DNA of 64,000 nt. Origin: Octopus vulgaris. Taxonomy: Eukaryota. The stretch lies in the NCBI GenBank assembly GCA_951406725.2, contig OX597818.1:75144001-75208000 (forward strand), written 5' to 3'. Every line of letters starts with the position of its first letter. Position 1 is the stretch's first letter. A program made the position numbers and the translations under genes. Under the pieces are notes generated by a model. It saw only the letters and a program-made list of their open reading frames with translations, did not search any database and was not told the origin of the DNA. This document shows, in pieces, positions 1-12,957 of the stretch.

Positions 1-74
1 CTCATACATACATATACTCATACATATATGTGGGGGGTACGTTATAATTTGGAACAAACAGCAAAATGTTGTCA

Positions 75-136
75 TTATAGTACTCGGAGTTTCGAATGTC
101 GCATCGAAGAACTACGATACATTCTCCTCGGCTATT
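75..136 (-). ncRNA. Type I hammerhead ribozyme-like motif (inverted partial copy)
   Basis: Minus strand AAUAG CCGAGGA GAAUGU AUCG-loop-CGAU GCG ACAUUC GAAA CUCCGAG UA CUAUAA. Confidence 0.75.
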
Positions 137-161
137 TTTTATTATTTATTTCATAACGTCT

Positions 162-239
162 GTTGTCATTAATAGCCGACGAGAATGTATCGTAGCTCTT
201 CGCTCTGAGATTCGAAACTCTGAGTACTATAATGACAAC
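162..239 (+). ncRNA. Type I hammerhead ribozyme-like motif
   Basis: Helix I GUUGUCAUUA(A)UAG/CUAUAAUGACAAC (13 bp, 1 bulge); core CCGACGA; helix II GAAU/AUUC; GAAA; helix III ACUC-U-GAGU; GUA cleavage triplet. Confidence 0.8.
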
Positions 240-322
240 CTTTTACTGTTTGTTCTAAATTATAACATATGTAAATAATCCTCTATTTAATTAACATCGA
301 GGTCTCATTCTTTTGTTGTTAC

Positions 323-323
<1 letters not shown>

Positions 324-403
<80 letters not shown>

Positions 404-404
404 T
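324..404. repeat. (TTA)n microsatellite
   Basis: Direct reading. Confidence 0.95.
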
Positions 405-1034
405 AAAGGGAATAGAGAAATGCAATTGTTATACTAAAAATTTAATTACATTATAATATAATATATTACAAAAAGAAAAATTATAACATAACATAAATTA
501 TTAAAACAAATATAAAGCCAACAATTTGTTTCGACTCATATACACTAGGGAATTTATAAAAAATTACATTTATGTCTATAAGTCTCCTCGGGACATTTGT
601 TAAAAAACAGTAAAAAATTCCATGTAAGGATTGCTAAATTTCAAAATAGACTCATTCAAAAAATACCTATGTTCAGAAGAGTGAGCGTTAATAATTCAAT
701 ATAAATAAAAAATAAAAATTCTAAAAAACCCGATGAGGTAACTAATAAATTAGTCATTACTGAATCTAAGGATAACCTAGGTATGGGAGGCATGAAATAT
801 AGTTTACATGTAAGTTCTTAAATCAATACCAATAATGTAGATATGCTAAATATATATTATGAAAATAATGGTGTTATTCATAATGAGAATAATATGATTA
901 CTAATAGTAATAAAAATAAAAAGAGTAAGTGTAGCAGATATAATATTTTATATGAAAATAGGCTTAAATTAAAGACTAAAAAGTATAACCCATATGCTAA
1001 TTTAGATATACTAAATGCTGTTAATTCTATAAAT

Positions 1035-1530
1035 GACAATAATATTTGGTTTATGATTCCTTATGCAAGAAAAATAAAAACTAATAAATTAGATTAATAA
1101 TAAAAATTTTTTTTTTAAATTAGAAATAATAATCCTACTACCGATAATTATATTGCTAGAACTTGTGATTGTAGATTTAAAGATAAATGTTATTTCAATA
1201 ACTTTTGTGTGCAAAATAACCTTGTATACAGATGTAGAGATGAATCTGAAGGGAAAAATTATTTTTACAAAGGGTCCAATGAAAAATTTTATTAAAAACG
1301 TATTGCAAACCATGCATATACTTTTAGGAATAGGGATAGGTTGAACAGTACCAATTTGAGTAAGTTTACATGGAAATTAAAGGATAGTTTGAAATTGTAC
1401 AACATTAATTGGCAAATACTTAGTCATACTAGATCGTATAAAATTGCTGATGAAAGGTGTAACCTATGTGTGGATAAGTTTTATCAAATCTTAACATCTA
1501 AGAAGAAATTACTTAATGACAGACATGAAC
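1035..1530 (+). mobile_element. Penelope-like element remnant (GIY-YIG endonuclease region), frameshifted
   Basis: Translated motifs NIWFMIPYARKIKTN, CDCRFKDKC..NNLVY..YFYKG and [25 protein letters not shown] match the Penelope linker/GIY-YIG pattern. Confidence 0.75.
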
Positions 1531-1577
1531 GTGTTGTAAACACTATTCTAAATATGTATTCAGAAAATTTTATTAAA

Positions 1578-2330
<753 letters not shown>

Positions 2331-2389
2331 TACATGGATATTTGCGGACAGATTTATGTTTATAAAAAATAATCAGATATATAATAACA

Positions 2390-3533
2390 GACAATAACTT
2401 TATTTATCAAAAAATGCTATGAGCATAAAAATAAGCCATCGCTTCTATACTGTTATTCAATAAAGCCACCTTCAGCTTCAACAACTGCTTCTATATGAGA
2501 TCTAAATCATCTACATGAACAAGTGGTCCTGGTTGACTTTGGACATTACTCTGGCTATGGCAGCTTTCATAGAATCTTTGGTGTTATGGGTGCGTTCATT
2601 GATTTCTCTCTCAACAACGTTCCACATGTAATAATGGATTGAGATCTGGGGAATTAGGAGCCAAATGTTAGGGGTTATGTGATCATGAAACTTTTCAGCC
2701 ATCCATTCCTATGTTACAAGATCTGTGATAGTGCAGAGACTTACTGAAACACATATGGCCTTCCATTGCATACACTGTCTACCCAGGGCCTAACAATTAT
2801 TTCCAGGACCTCAATGTAGGCGGAAGAGCAAACTCTAGGGCCTTGTGGAAAGAAGTAAGGGGGAATCACATGTCCTTCGTTGCTGACAACCCCTAAAACC
2901 ATGACAGTAGCAGGAAATTTGTATGCACAACACTTGGAACTTCAGAAGGGTCGCACATAATCATCTGTCATTTCTTCTGTTAACTTTTTGATCAAGCTCG
3001 AAGTTTTCTCGTTTGAGAAAAACCAAATCAAATTTTCTGCTGGATTTTTCAATTTGTTTAAGGGCCTTTTAGATCTGATGTAGTGATTTTCTTTTGCTTT
3101 GTCTGACAAATTGACCTGTCCTCATCATATAAGACTTATATATGATGTCTATGTAGACAACATTTCTGACTGTTTCTTCTGACACATGAAGATCTTTTGC
3201 AATTGACCTCATGGACTTTTTGGGATTGTAATCAATGGTCTGTTGAACTTTCTGGATAAATTCAGGTTTTCTGGTGATTTCGGGGTGCTTAGAATGCTTT
3301 TTATGCTTTGATACGTTTCCATCTTCTGTCTTTAGCTCCTTACAAACCTTGTAGCGGAAAGATCTGGCAACTTTTAAAACTCAAGATATTTCTAAATCAC
3401 TATACTTAGTGATGTAGACCACAATAACATCATCACTCTTCACTTCTTGACTGTCTGACATTATAATTTCTGAAACAAAGCTTATACCGAGGTAACAAAA
3501 AGATATGTCCTCAATTAACTTACGCACCCTGTG
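2390..3533 (-). mobile_element. Degenerate Tc1/mariner-superfamily transposon, maT (DD37D)-like
   Basis: Minus-strand motifs WFFS(N)EK, FPATVMVLGVVSNEG, RPYVFQ and YYMWNVVERE..HNTKDS.KAAI; terminal TA-CA-CAGGGTGCGTAAG near 3533. Confidence 0.75.
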
Positions 3534-3669
3534 TATATTATGTTTTTACGTATGCCTGTAGGTGTGTACACATGCGTATATATACATGTGATTGGTATTG
3601 GCTATACGTATAAGTATGTATGTATATCTATGTATATGTATATGTGTGCATTTGTGTCTATGTGCATGA

Positions 3670-3723
<54 letters not shown>

Positions 3724-4063
3724 ATGTATTTGTCTATGTGTATATATGTGTATATACATATATGTTTTTGTGTGTGTTGATATGTGTATATATATATATC
3801 TACCTATCTGTTCATCTATGTATATATTTGTATTATGTATATATGTGTGCAAGTGTATTTTGTCTATATGTGTACCTTAATATCTGTATGTACGTATATA
3901 TGTGTGTGTGTGTGTGTGTATGTGTCTGCCTGTCTGTATATATATATATATATGTGTGTATATATTTTTATGTATGTATTCCATTACAGTCCAAAGTTTT
4001 TGCTATACTGAACGATTTGTATTCAAGCTAGACTTTTATTGCTTGAGCCATTTTTTGATATTA

Positions 4064-4261
4064 TACTCTTTTACTTGTTTCGGTCATTTGACTAGGGCCG
4101 TGCTGGAGCACCGTCTTTAGTTGAGCAAATCGACCCCAAGACTTTTTCTTTGTAAGCCTAGTTCTTATTCTATCGGTCTCTTTTGCCGAACCACTAAGTT
4201 ACGGGGACGTAAACACACCAGCATTGGTGTCAAGCGATGTTGGGGGGACAAACGCAGACAA

Positions 4262-4300
<39 letters not shown>

Positions 4301-4468
4301 CATATATACGACGGGGTTTTTTTCAGTTTCCGTCTACCAAGTCCACACACAAGGCTTTGGTCGGCCCGAGTCTATAGTAGAAGGCACTTGCCTAAGTTGC
4401 CACGCAGTGGAACTCGGAACGATGCAGTTGGTGAGCAAGCTACTTACCACACAGCCACTCCTACACCT
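4064..4468 (-). mobile_element. tRNA-derived SINE family A (internal TA/TG tract, CR1-like tail)
   Basis: Head GGAGTGGCTGTGTGGTAAG..GTTC; tail GGTGCTCCAGCA..GAAACAAGTAAAAGAG; many copies in window. Confidence 0.85.
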
Positions 4469-4619
4469 ATACTGAATGATTAATAACAATAATAATAATA
4501 ATAAATGAATAATTTTATATAAGGCCCTAACGTGACCAAAAACTTTTCTATTGTAAGTACATATTTCCGGTTATTTTTCTCTAAGTGGTTAATCTATAAA
4601 TGTATATAAACTTGCAGAT

Positions 4620-4800
4620 GTGAAAGAGGCATTAAAAGGCATCACTTGACAGAAGTTCCAGCACTGCTTCAAATAGTGGAAAACGTGTCTGGACCGATGC
4701 ATTGCTGCAAATGGAGAATACCTTGAAGGCGATAAAACTGAAAAAGAATGTAAAACTAAGTGAATAAAATAATATTGCAAACTTCTTTTGGATACCCCCT
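4620..4800 (+). mobile_element. Mariner transposase C-terminal fragment with 3' end
   Basis: ..W K..LDRCIAANGEYLEGD followed by TIR-like TTTTGGATACCCC. Confidence 0.6.
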
Positions 4801-5265
4801 TTTTTTGCGGGGTTGAGATTTTTTATTTATTATTCTGACATTATTTTTAATATATTTTTCTTAAAGCATTTTTGCATTAGATGATACAGTGAAGATCCTG
4901 ATCTATCTCCTATGGAAAATATGACTGAAATGCTATAATTAGCTTCTCAAGACACTTTATCGATATCACTAAAATTCGAATCTATAGATTAAATACATCT
5001 AAAAGAATCCAAATAACAGGATTTGTTTTTACAACTAAGTAAATTCCTCTTATTTTCCGACATTAACTGTTTCTATGGATATTTTCTTCCCTTTGCTTGC
5101 TTCTTTGTTGTTACTCCCGTGGTCATATATCCTTATGATATCCAATAATTTATATTCTTTACTTTTTGTTTGACGAACTCCCAAAAGAAAGAGATATGTT
5201 GTGGATTCACATACGTGTTGAAATATTAGTCTCAAAATTCGAAACACGGCTAACAATTTCGAAGA

Positions 5266-5436
5266 GGGGTAAGCTGATTGCCTTGTCTCCCAGTGCTCAA
5301 CTGGTACTTAATTAATCGACCCCGAAATGATGAAAGGCAAATTCGACATCGGCAGAATTTGACCTTTGAACCTAAAGACGGACGAAAAGCCCCAAAGCCT
5401 TTTCCCCCCCCGCTTGCTAATGACTCTACCGGATCA
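5266..5436 (-). mobile_element. SINE family B
   Basis: Reverse complement of the GTTCAAATTCCGCCGAGGTCGAC..TTTCGGGGTCGAT..AAGTACCAGT consensus seen at 9170. Confidence 0.75.
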
Positions 5437-6515
5437 CCTTTACGTGTTTAAATAAGGAAATATTCTCAGTAAACACATTTACGTAAATTCTATTTTGTTC
5501 CTTCCACAATAATCTTCCACATCTGCACATATTGCTTTTTGCATGCTTGTAGAAGATACCCTGTGAGACCCATCTGAAATTTAAACTCGGCCATTCCATA
5601 TTTCAACAGAAAGCTGTCTTGTTATCCATAAGTTCTATGTTGTTTAGTGCGGTTACTCAGATGTTTCCAGCATATCAGCTACTAAATAATATTCGGTCTT
5701 TTATGCATAAAATTTACTCTGACAACCACATCTTGTTTATAACATACGCAGTTCTCTTTTGATACCATAGCTGAACTTTAAAAAATTCTTCGTACTAAAC
5801 ATTTTTTTCTTATTCATTTACGTTAGCGCACGCATATACCAGCAAACTTTGATTTTATTTCTGTCAATGTGTCCGCCATACGGCTTTTTATAAAACTAAT
5901 ATGCTTTGTTACTGTATGTTTCTATGCACATTTTATTGAAACTTGCTTAATATTCTTCTCCACAAGTACACTTCTTTTTATTTGTAAATTATTATGTTTA
6001 ATATTGCTATTTTCAGTGATGGAATTTATTTGCAATATCCTCGAACTACTACTTCATAGATAATATCAGATTTGGCTGTTGTTTAGGAACTCTCTGGAAT
6101 CAACAGGTTGCTATCCAGTTATCATACAGAAATGATATTTCATGTGCAAAGATTTAAATAATACACAAAAAAACTGATCTGAACAATTTCTTTATGTTTA
6201 GTCAGTTTGTTTTTATAAGAAATGGAAGTAGTGATCTTTCACATATATTTTTGTCAGATTCGCATAAAACGAGCCTTTACGAAGTTTGCACATCCATATA
6301 TAACGAATTACATTTATTGTAATGCAATGTATAATATTATTTTCAACGTCTAAACACGATTTCAGTCTTATAACTGAAAGTTGCTTCCAGTTTATGTTTC
6401 AAGTATATTTGAGTGTATATATAAATAGCTGAATAGATAGAAATATGATTGCATACATCTCTTTCTCTCTTACTCTCTCTCTCCCCCTCTCTCATTTTCT
6501 CATTGTATATGTGTG

Positions 6516-6913
<398 letters not shown>

Positions 6914-7089
6914 ATTTCTCGAAAACATATTTGTTGCAAACAGATTAGCCGAAAGAATATCGGCCAACGGCAAAATCGTCGACAGATATATACAGAAGAG
7001 CATATTCATAGGAAAACAAAAATGTCAAATACAAAATTGATCGAAAGATATTACTTAAAAGAAAAAAGACCGGAATATGCAGAATATAA

Positions 7090-7500
7090 ATTTTAATGTT
7101 TATGAAAAGAAAAGTTACAGAAAATTTTCAAGGAGATGGTTCAAGGATTTATTGTAATTTCGATGAAGTTTATGTCCTTGAAAAAAATAGCGTCCTGAAA
7201 GATACGGCAGACGGTTTTCCAGTATTCTTTCATGAAATGTGTACAATTTAAGAATTATGCAAAGCATGATTAAAACGCTTTGGTAGCATCGTTAGATTGC
7301 ATTCAAATATAAATTCTGTATTGAACACTGCACGTAAAGAACATCAACGTGTTCAATCTTGGATAGATATTCTACAAAGTGCTGCTCCTATTGTACCAAA
7401 AAATATTTGAAGTGTTATTTCCTCAAAAAGTATTCATTCTATTTGTTATGTTGGACAAATCAAATAGAGATATTTTGTATTACTATCGAGCTATTGCGTA
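7090..7500 (+). mobile_element. Possible MULE transposase C-terminal remnant
   Basis: Broken translation FDEVYVL..FP...KRFGSIVRLHSNI..L..RKEHQ resembles the MULE C-terminal pattern; very degenerate. Confidence 0.35.
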
Positions 7501-8083
7501 TATTATTCTTGGATATAAATTAACTTCACGTCTTTGTGAACATTTCGTTTCTCATGTACTTTCTTATGAACAAGAAATAGCCTGAAAATATATTGAAAAT
7601 ATATTATTTTTACAAAATTTTTCATTCACATGACTTTACATTACATTGTTTCAAATATAAATAATTCGGCATAAAGTTTAGATGTATTTCTAGACGTGTA
7701 TACAAATATGTCTTTCTATGAATGCATATCGACAAATTTCTCCTTCGATGTATTTGATATTGTCTAGTATCTCTTCGCGCGATGGAAGATTTTTGTTCAT
7801 TTTATAAATACGTTTTTAACCAATTCCTTTTTCTACAAAAGTCATTTGACCATTGTGTTTTCGATAAATGTATCATGTGTGTGTGGGGGGGGTGTAAGTA
7901 TTTATTTGGACCTTGGATATATGGTTAGTAGTATGACAATTAAAGCACATTCATTGTTTAGGCTACCTGGTGTCATCCACAGTTTTGGTAAATGTGACAC
8001 TGAATCTACCTCAGGAAATTCGCTGTGTTCGTTGAATATAAAATGAATAAATCGGAAAATGGAGTATGCAAGAATCTTTATTC

Positions 8084-8175
8084 AACACAACGATCGTTTC
8101 AACCCACTCTGCATCTACTCCTTGCGGATGGGATACTGTACATCCACCAGTGCAGAATGTATTTCATTGGATGTC
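8084..8175 (-). ncRNA. Degenerate hammerhead-like motif with extended helix II
   Basis: GACAU CCAAUGA AAUACAUUCUGCA...UGCAGAGUGGGUU GAAA CGAUCG UU GUGUU; helix III region AACGAUCGUU is palindromic. Confidence 0.6.
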
Positions 8176-9169
8176 TTATTTTAAATATGTTACTTCACTA
8201 AATATACTCGGATTTGCTTAGCATGCTGTCGCCAGTAGGTTGCTGGCTATAATGATAGAGGATGGATACAATATCCGGCTTATAAACGGTAAATAAGTCT
8301 GGCTATTGTTAATAATGAATACACCACATAGAGTAAGGTAATAAAAGATAGAAAACAAAAAATGACAAAGGATAAGAATTAAAAGGTTAAATGAGGGGGT
8401 GAGGAAATCCCTGCGCTCGGGCGCGATTGCGCCCGCATGCTGATATACTGGTAAATACAAGATGAAGTAAATTTTTCAATTATATAATTTATACAATACT
8501 TGTATTCCTATTGCAACATACTTCGGGTTTCCACTACTTCTTAAAATGGTTAGACTCGAACAGAAACCCTCCGGTAATTGCTATTTGAATGGAAATTTTG
8601 TTTTCACTACCAACCCCTTTGGGACCCAAATATTCTTTAGCTGAGAAAACTATAAAATATATTGCATGTATCGAAATAACTTTTATATGAAGCGAAAGCT
8701 GAAGGGTTGTAGAAGATACTGAGTAAAAATTATTCATATCCAAGATTCTCAAGTATGGAAATTTTCCTGCCAATTTCATTTTTCACGATTTTACGAAAAA
8801 AATCTCTGAAATCTACACTCACCCTCTTTCTATCAATCGATGAGCCAAAAGTATTTAAAAATCTATTTAAAATGAAAAATAAATTAATAGAGCATCATTG
8901 AAACAGAAACGCGTTATTTGGTGCTTTGTGAACAGGATTATCAAAAATATTACTAACTTTTTTTATGAAAAAGCAGTGAAAAATAACTTTTTTCGAAAGA
9001 GATGTCGCATTTTTGCTATCAGTTGGTGTCAAGAAGGTCTGCCATTGGCTTATCAGTTATCACCCTTCCCTACCCACTCGCTTGTCAACACCTGTGTGGA
9101 CAAGAGAGAGATAAAAATCAAGTTAAATTTTGCAGAACCAAATGATATCTTAATATTTTGCAGATCTTT

Positions 9170-9570
9170 AAGGCGACAAACTGGCAGAAAAGTTAGCGCG
9201 CAGGGCGAAATACTTAGCAGTATTTCGTCTGCCGTTACGTTCAGTGTTCAAATTCCGCCGACCGAGGTCGACTTTTGCCTTCCATCCTTTCGGGGTCGAT
9301 TAAATAAGTACCAGTAACGCACTGGGGTCGATATAATCGACTTAATCCGTTTGTCTGTCCTTGTTTGTCCTCTCTGTGTTTAGCCCCTAGTGGGTAGTAA
9401 AGAAATAGGTATTTCGTCTGTCATTATGTTCTGAGTTCAAATCTTGCCGAGGTTGATTTTTGCATTTTAGGGTCGATAAATTTAGTACCAGTTGCGTACT
9501 AGAGTCGATCTAATCAACTGGCTGCCTCCACAAAAATGTCGGACCTTTTCCTAGTGTAGAAAAGAATATC
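9170..9570 (+). mobile_element. SINE family B, tandem/dimeric copy
   Basis: GGCGACAAACTGGCAGAA head, B-box-like GTTCAAATTCC; GTATTTCGTCTG..GTACCAGT unit occurs twice. Confidence 0.8.
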
Positions 9571-9759
9571 TTGCAGATTTTTATTTTTTACAACACTAAA
9601 CGCATGCATTACGACTGCAAGCCATTTGGCTTTTGTTTTTCCCAGGCAGCGGTAATAACAAAAATTCCGAAAGTGTCCATAAAGTCTGTTTACGATTTAA
9701 AAAAATTATTACAAAGGCAGTTGATGAAATATTTTAACTAGATTTGTTTTATTTTAATA

Positions 9760-11697
9760 ATTGTCTATGTAAGTCCTAGGCGAGCGCAAAAACAAAAAGA
9801 AATAGAACTTGCGTGCACAAAAGCTCTGGAATAAAGGAAGCCTAAAAACTCTGTAAGTTCTATACAAACGGTACCTCCTGGCTTGATGACATTGGGAAGA
9901 TTGTAGGCTTGCTCATCCCAACTCCCATAGTAGCGGTATTCGTTTCGCTCGCCCCAAGTCCAAGGAGACAAGCAACTCCACCAGGATCAACGAGGACACA
10001 GGGGTAGTCACAAAACATGATACCTCCACCCACTGCTCCTAAGAGGAAACAATATATAAAGTGCAGACAGCAACTACTGAACAGCGGTCTTGTTTGGAAA
10101 TAGTATAGATTATAAGACAGTTGACCTGGTTTCATAAGATGTTAAGTCTGAAAAACACATCCCAGCACCCAAGACCACCGCAAGCAACAAAAGATGTAGA
10201 ATGGCCGCTTCTGTGGTCTCTACAAATGTCAGATCAGTGGCCACTACCGACACTTTGTATTTCACACTAGTATGAATGTCAGAGGCTTTGTAACATCCCA
10301 TCCAAAGCAAAATCCCATATCTGCAAGAATTCGCTACATGTAATCAAGGAATGCGTACGACATTAACAAAAACACATTTCAAGGCTGACATATCACATGC
10401 TGAGATATACATATCAAAGTATGTTGCATTTCGAACATACAGAAGAAAAAGAACTCACAGAGGGGTAGCAATGTACATCCACAAAGATGTCATTCCTGTA
10501 GTCGTGATGTCACACTGAAACTCAGTTTATGACATTCTGGGAGTACACATTAAACAGACAAAACAGTAACAAGTACTACATATCGTCCATCAAATGCTCC
10601 AAATCACAGGGACTCATTCAAAGGGAATATCAAAAAGTTGGAAGAAGTTTTAATCAACTAGGTGACAGCCTTCACATACTTCTTCTACGAGACTTCAACC
10701 TCCCTAATGTCGAATGGCCTGAAAGCTACCTTCTCTCAGGTATGTCACTACAAGAACAAAGGCAAGTAGGGTCTCTGCTCGTTCTTACAAACATACTCTG
10801 TATGGAGCAAATAGTGCTCTACCCAACAAGGGGTAAAAGTTCTTTGAACCTCTGCCTCACAAATAACGCGGCACTCATCCATAATGTTATGGTGACACCG
10901 ACGATTTTTCCCGACCATAACTTAACAGAACTAATAACGCATGATCCACAGAGAATTGCAGACATACAGGTTACTAGAAGCACCCAACTTCTTTCCAGTC
11001 TGAACTTTCATAAAGCTGAGTGAAAGTGTGTTCAGAAAGATGTCATGGAACAATACTGGGCATAAAGCTATAGAAATTTAAAATAAAGCTATAGAAATGT
11101 GTGACGATCATGTAATAAGTTTGATCCAAAGAGAATGTCAAACCGACAGAAAAACATAATTCCCAGGGATAGGGAAATTCTAATAAGACGACGAGCAAAG
11201 ATCTCAAACCCTCTAAATGGGTCATTAAAGGATATCGAAGAATCCTATGTCAAACAAACATTCCTTGAGATTGAAAGTGAAATCAAACACTCTCATGAAA
11301 AGGAGAGGGCAGAGAAGGAAGTCAGGGTTGTAAAAAATATAAATACAAACCTTAAAGCCTTTTATAGATTTACAAAAGCGTCTGCTTCAGTACGGTACAA
11401 GACAGGCCCACTATTCGAAAACAAAATGGCTCACCAACTGCAGACCCCCAAAGGATAAGTCGAAACATTGAATGTGCGATACAAAAGTGTTTTCACAACT
11501 CCGTTGGGACTCTTGTAGATAATTATGAATGATGAGTTCTTCAAATAGATGACAATTGATTATATCGAAATAGAGAGAACTGATGAAATATCTTCTATTG
11601 TTGAAATGCATTTAAACTCAACCACAATAATCTTCTTACAAAAATGCCAAGGGTTCTAGCAAAGCTACTGCAGATCCTCTCACAAAGCTTCCCTGAC
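9760..11697 (+). mobile_element. CR1-type LINE, 5' part (APE endonuclease to pre-RT region), degenerate
   Basis: APE motifs RTHRGVAMY, (G)DFNLPNVEW, PTRGKSSL.LC and PDHN; later N.KAFYRF.K. Confidence 0.8.
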
Positions 11698-12957
11698 GTG
11701 ACTGTCATGTGTTTTTTTTTTTAAGTTTTTACTAGAAAAACTGTACTCTGGACTACATTATCAAACGTGTCCTTCCTTTCTAAACGCATTAGTGTGCAAT
11801 TTGATGGAATTTGGTTTCTATTTCTAGCAAGTTGGATCAGGTTGAGTCTCTACACAGACGCTACCAGTTTGATTGGGTTAGTGTTGTGGATGTTGTTGAT
11901 GCCAGTGACAACTCTCGTGAATGATGCCTAGTGTTCATTGCTAGTAGGTTAGTCTCGATCAAGAAGACGTAGTAGGACTACATTAACCGATGTCCCTAAT
12001 TTTTTTTTATAGGGGAGTCTGATTAGGAAGAGATTTAATTTCTATTTCCAGCACATCATTCCGACTCCTGAATGTGGTTTTGTAACTAATCGGTTACAGG
12101 TGGTGTCTGTGGTGGTATGGTTGATAATGAGTATTTTAAATTCATAACCGATTAACTTCGGTGCTGATGTAGATGTTGGTATAGGTGTAGAGTTGGTTGT
12201 AATGCTAGTTATGATGGTGTTAGTGGTTGTGTCAACTTATAAAGATATTGACTGTAGCACAAAGAAAACCATTGCGATATTTCAAACTACAATTCTTCAC
12301 TTTGCTTATATTCAATATTCACTTATCTATTTCCACTCTAGAGTATGTGAAAGGCAAAATAACAAACATGCAGATATATAAAACCACACATAAACACCTA
12401 TATGCATATATGTGAGAATATTCAATAACACACATTTCATATGTAAAAAAAAAATGCTGTGTCACATACGTAGCCTTAGAGGTAAGTAATGACACTGAAC
12501 ATGCATACTATTGGGTCAAAATTTAAGCAAAGATTTAGTAATCACACATCCTCTTTAGACAGAGAAGAACACAAGCACACACAGAGACAGACAGACAGAT
12601 ACACACCATACACTCACACAAATACATACACACAGATAAAGAACACAATTAAGCTCATCATTATACTACATCTGAAAATTGAAATAAAATGAAAATCCAT
12701 AGAAAACTCCAAATCCTTGAAAACTTGTCATAAGAACTTTCTTGTGCTTCTGTTCAAACAAATAAAACATATATTCACGTATTTCCTGTATTAATGGATA
12801 TTGAAGAGTGAGATTGATATAGACAGCAGTCTATAAATGAGATTGGAAGCGATTTAATTCGTGAAAAATTTCTAAATACACACCCATATTTACGTGCGTT
12901 TGCTACAGCGGAATAAACCGCAAACACACACACGCACATGTATGCTATTTAATTATT

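Larger units (their letters stand above)
38..272. repeat. Imperfect ~96-bp inverted repeat; each arm carries a hammerhead-like motif
   Basis: 41-136 is the reverse complement of 171-267 with scattered mismatches; spacer ~34 nt. Confidence 0.9.

Noticed and set aside
728-775. CCGATGA-GGTAA..TTACT-GAAT hammerhead-like trace
   Set aside because: GAAA is broken and no helix I closes; too weak to call.
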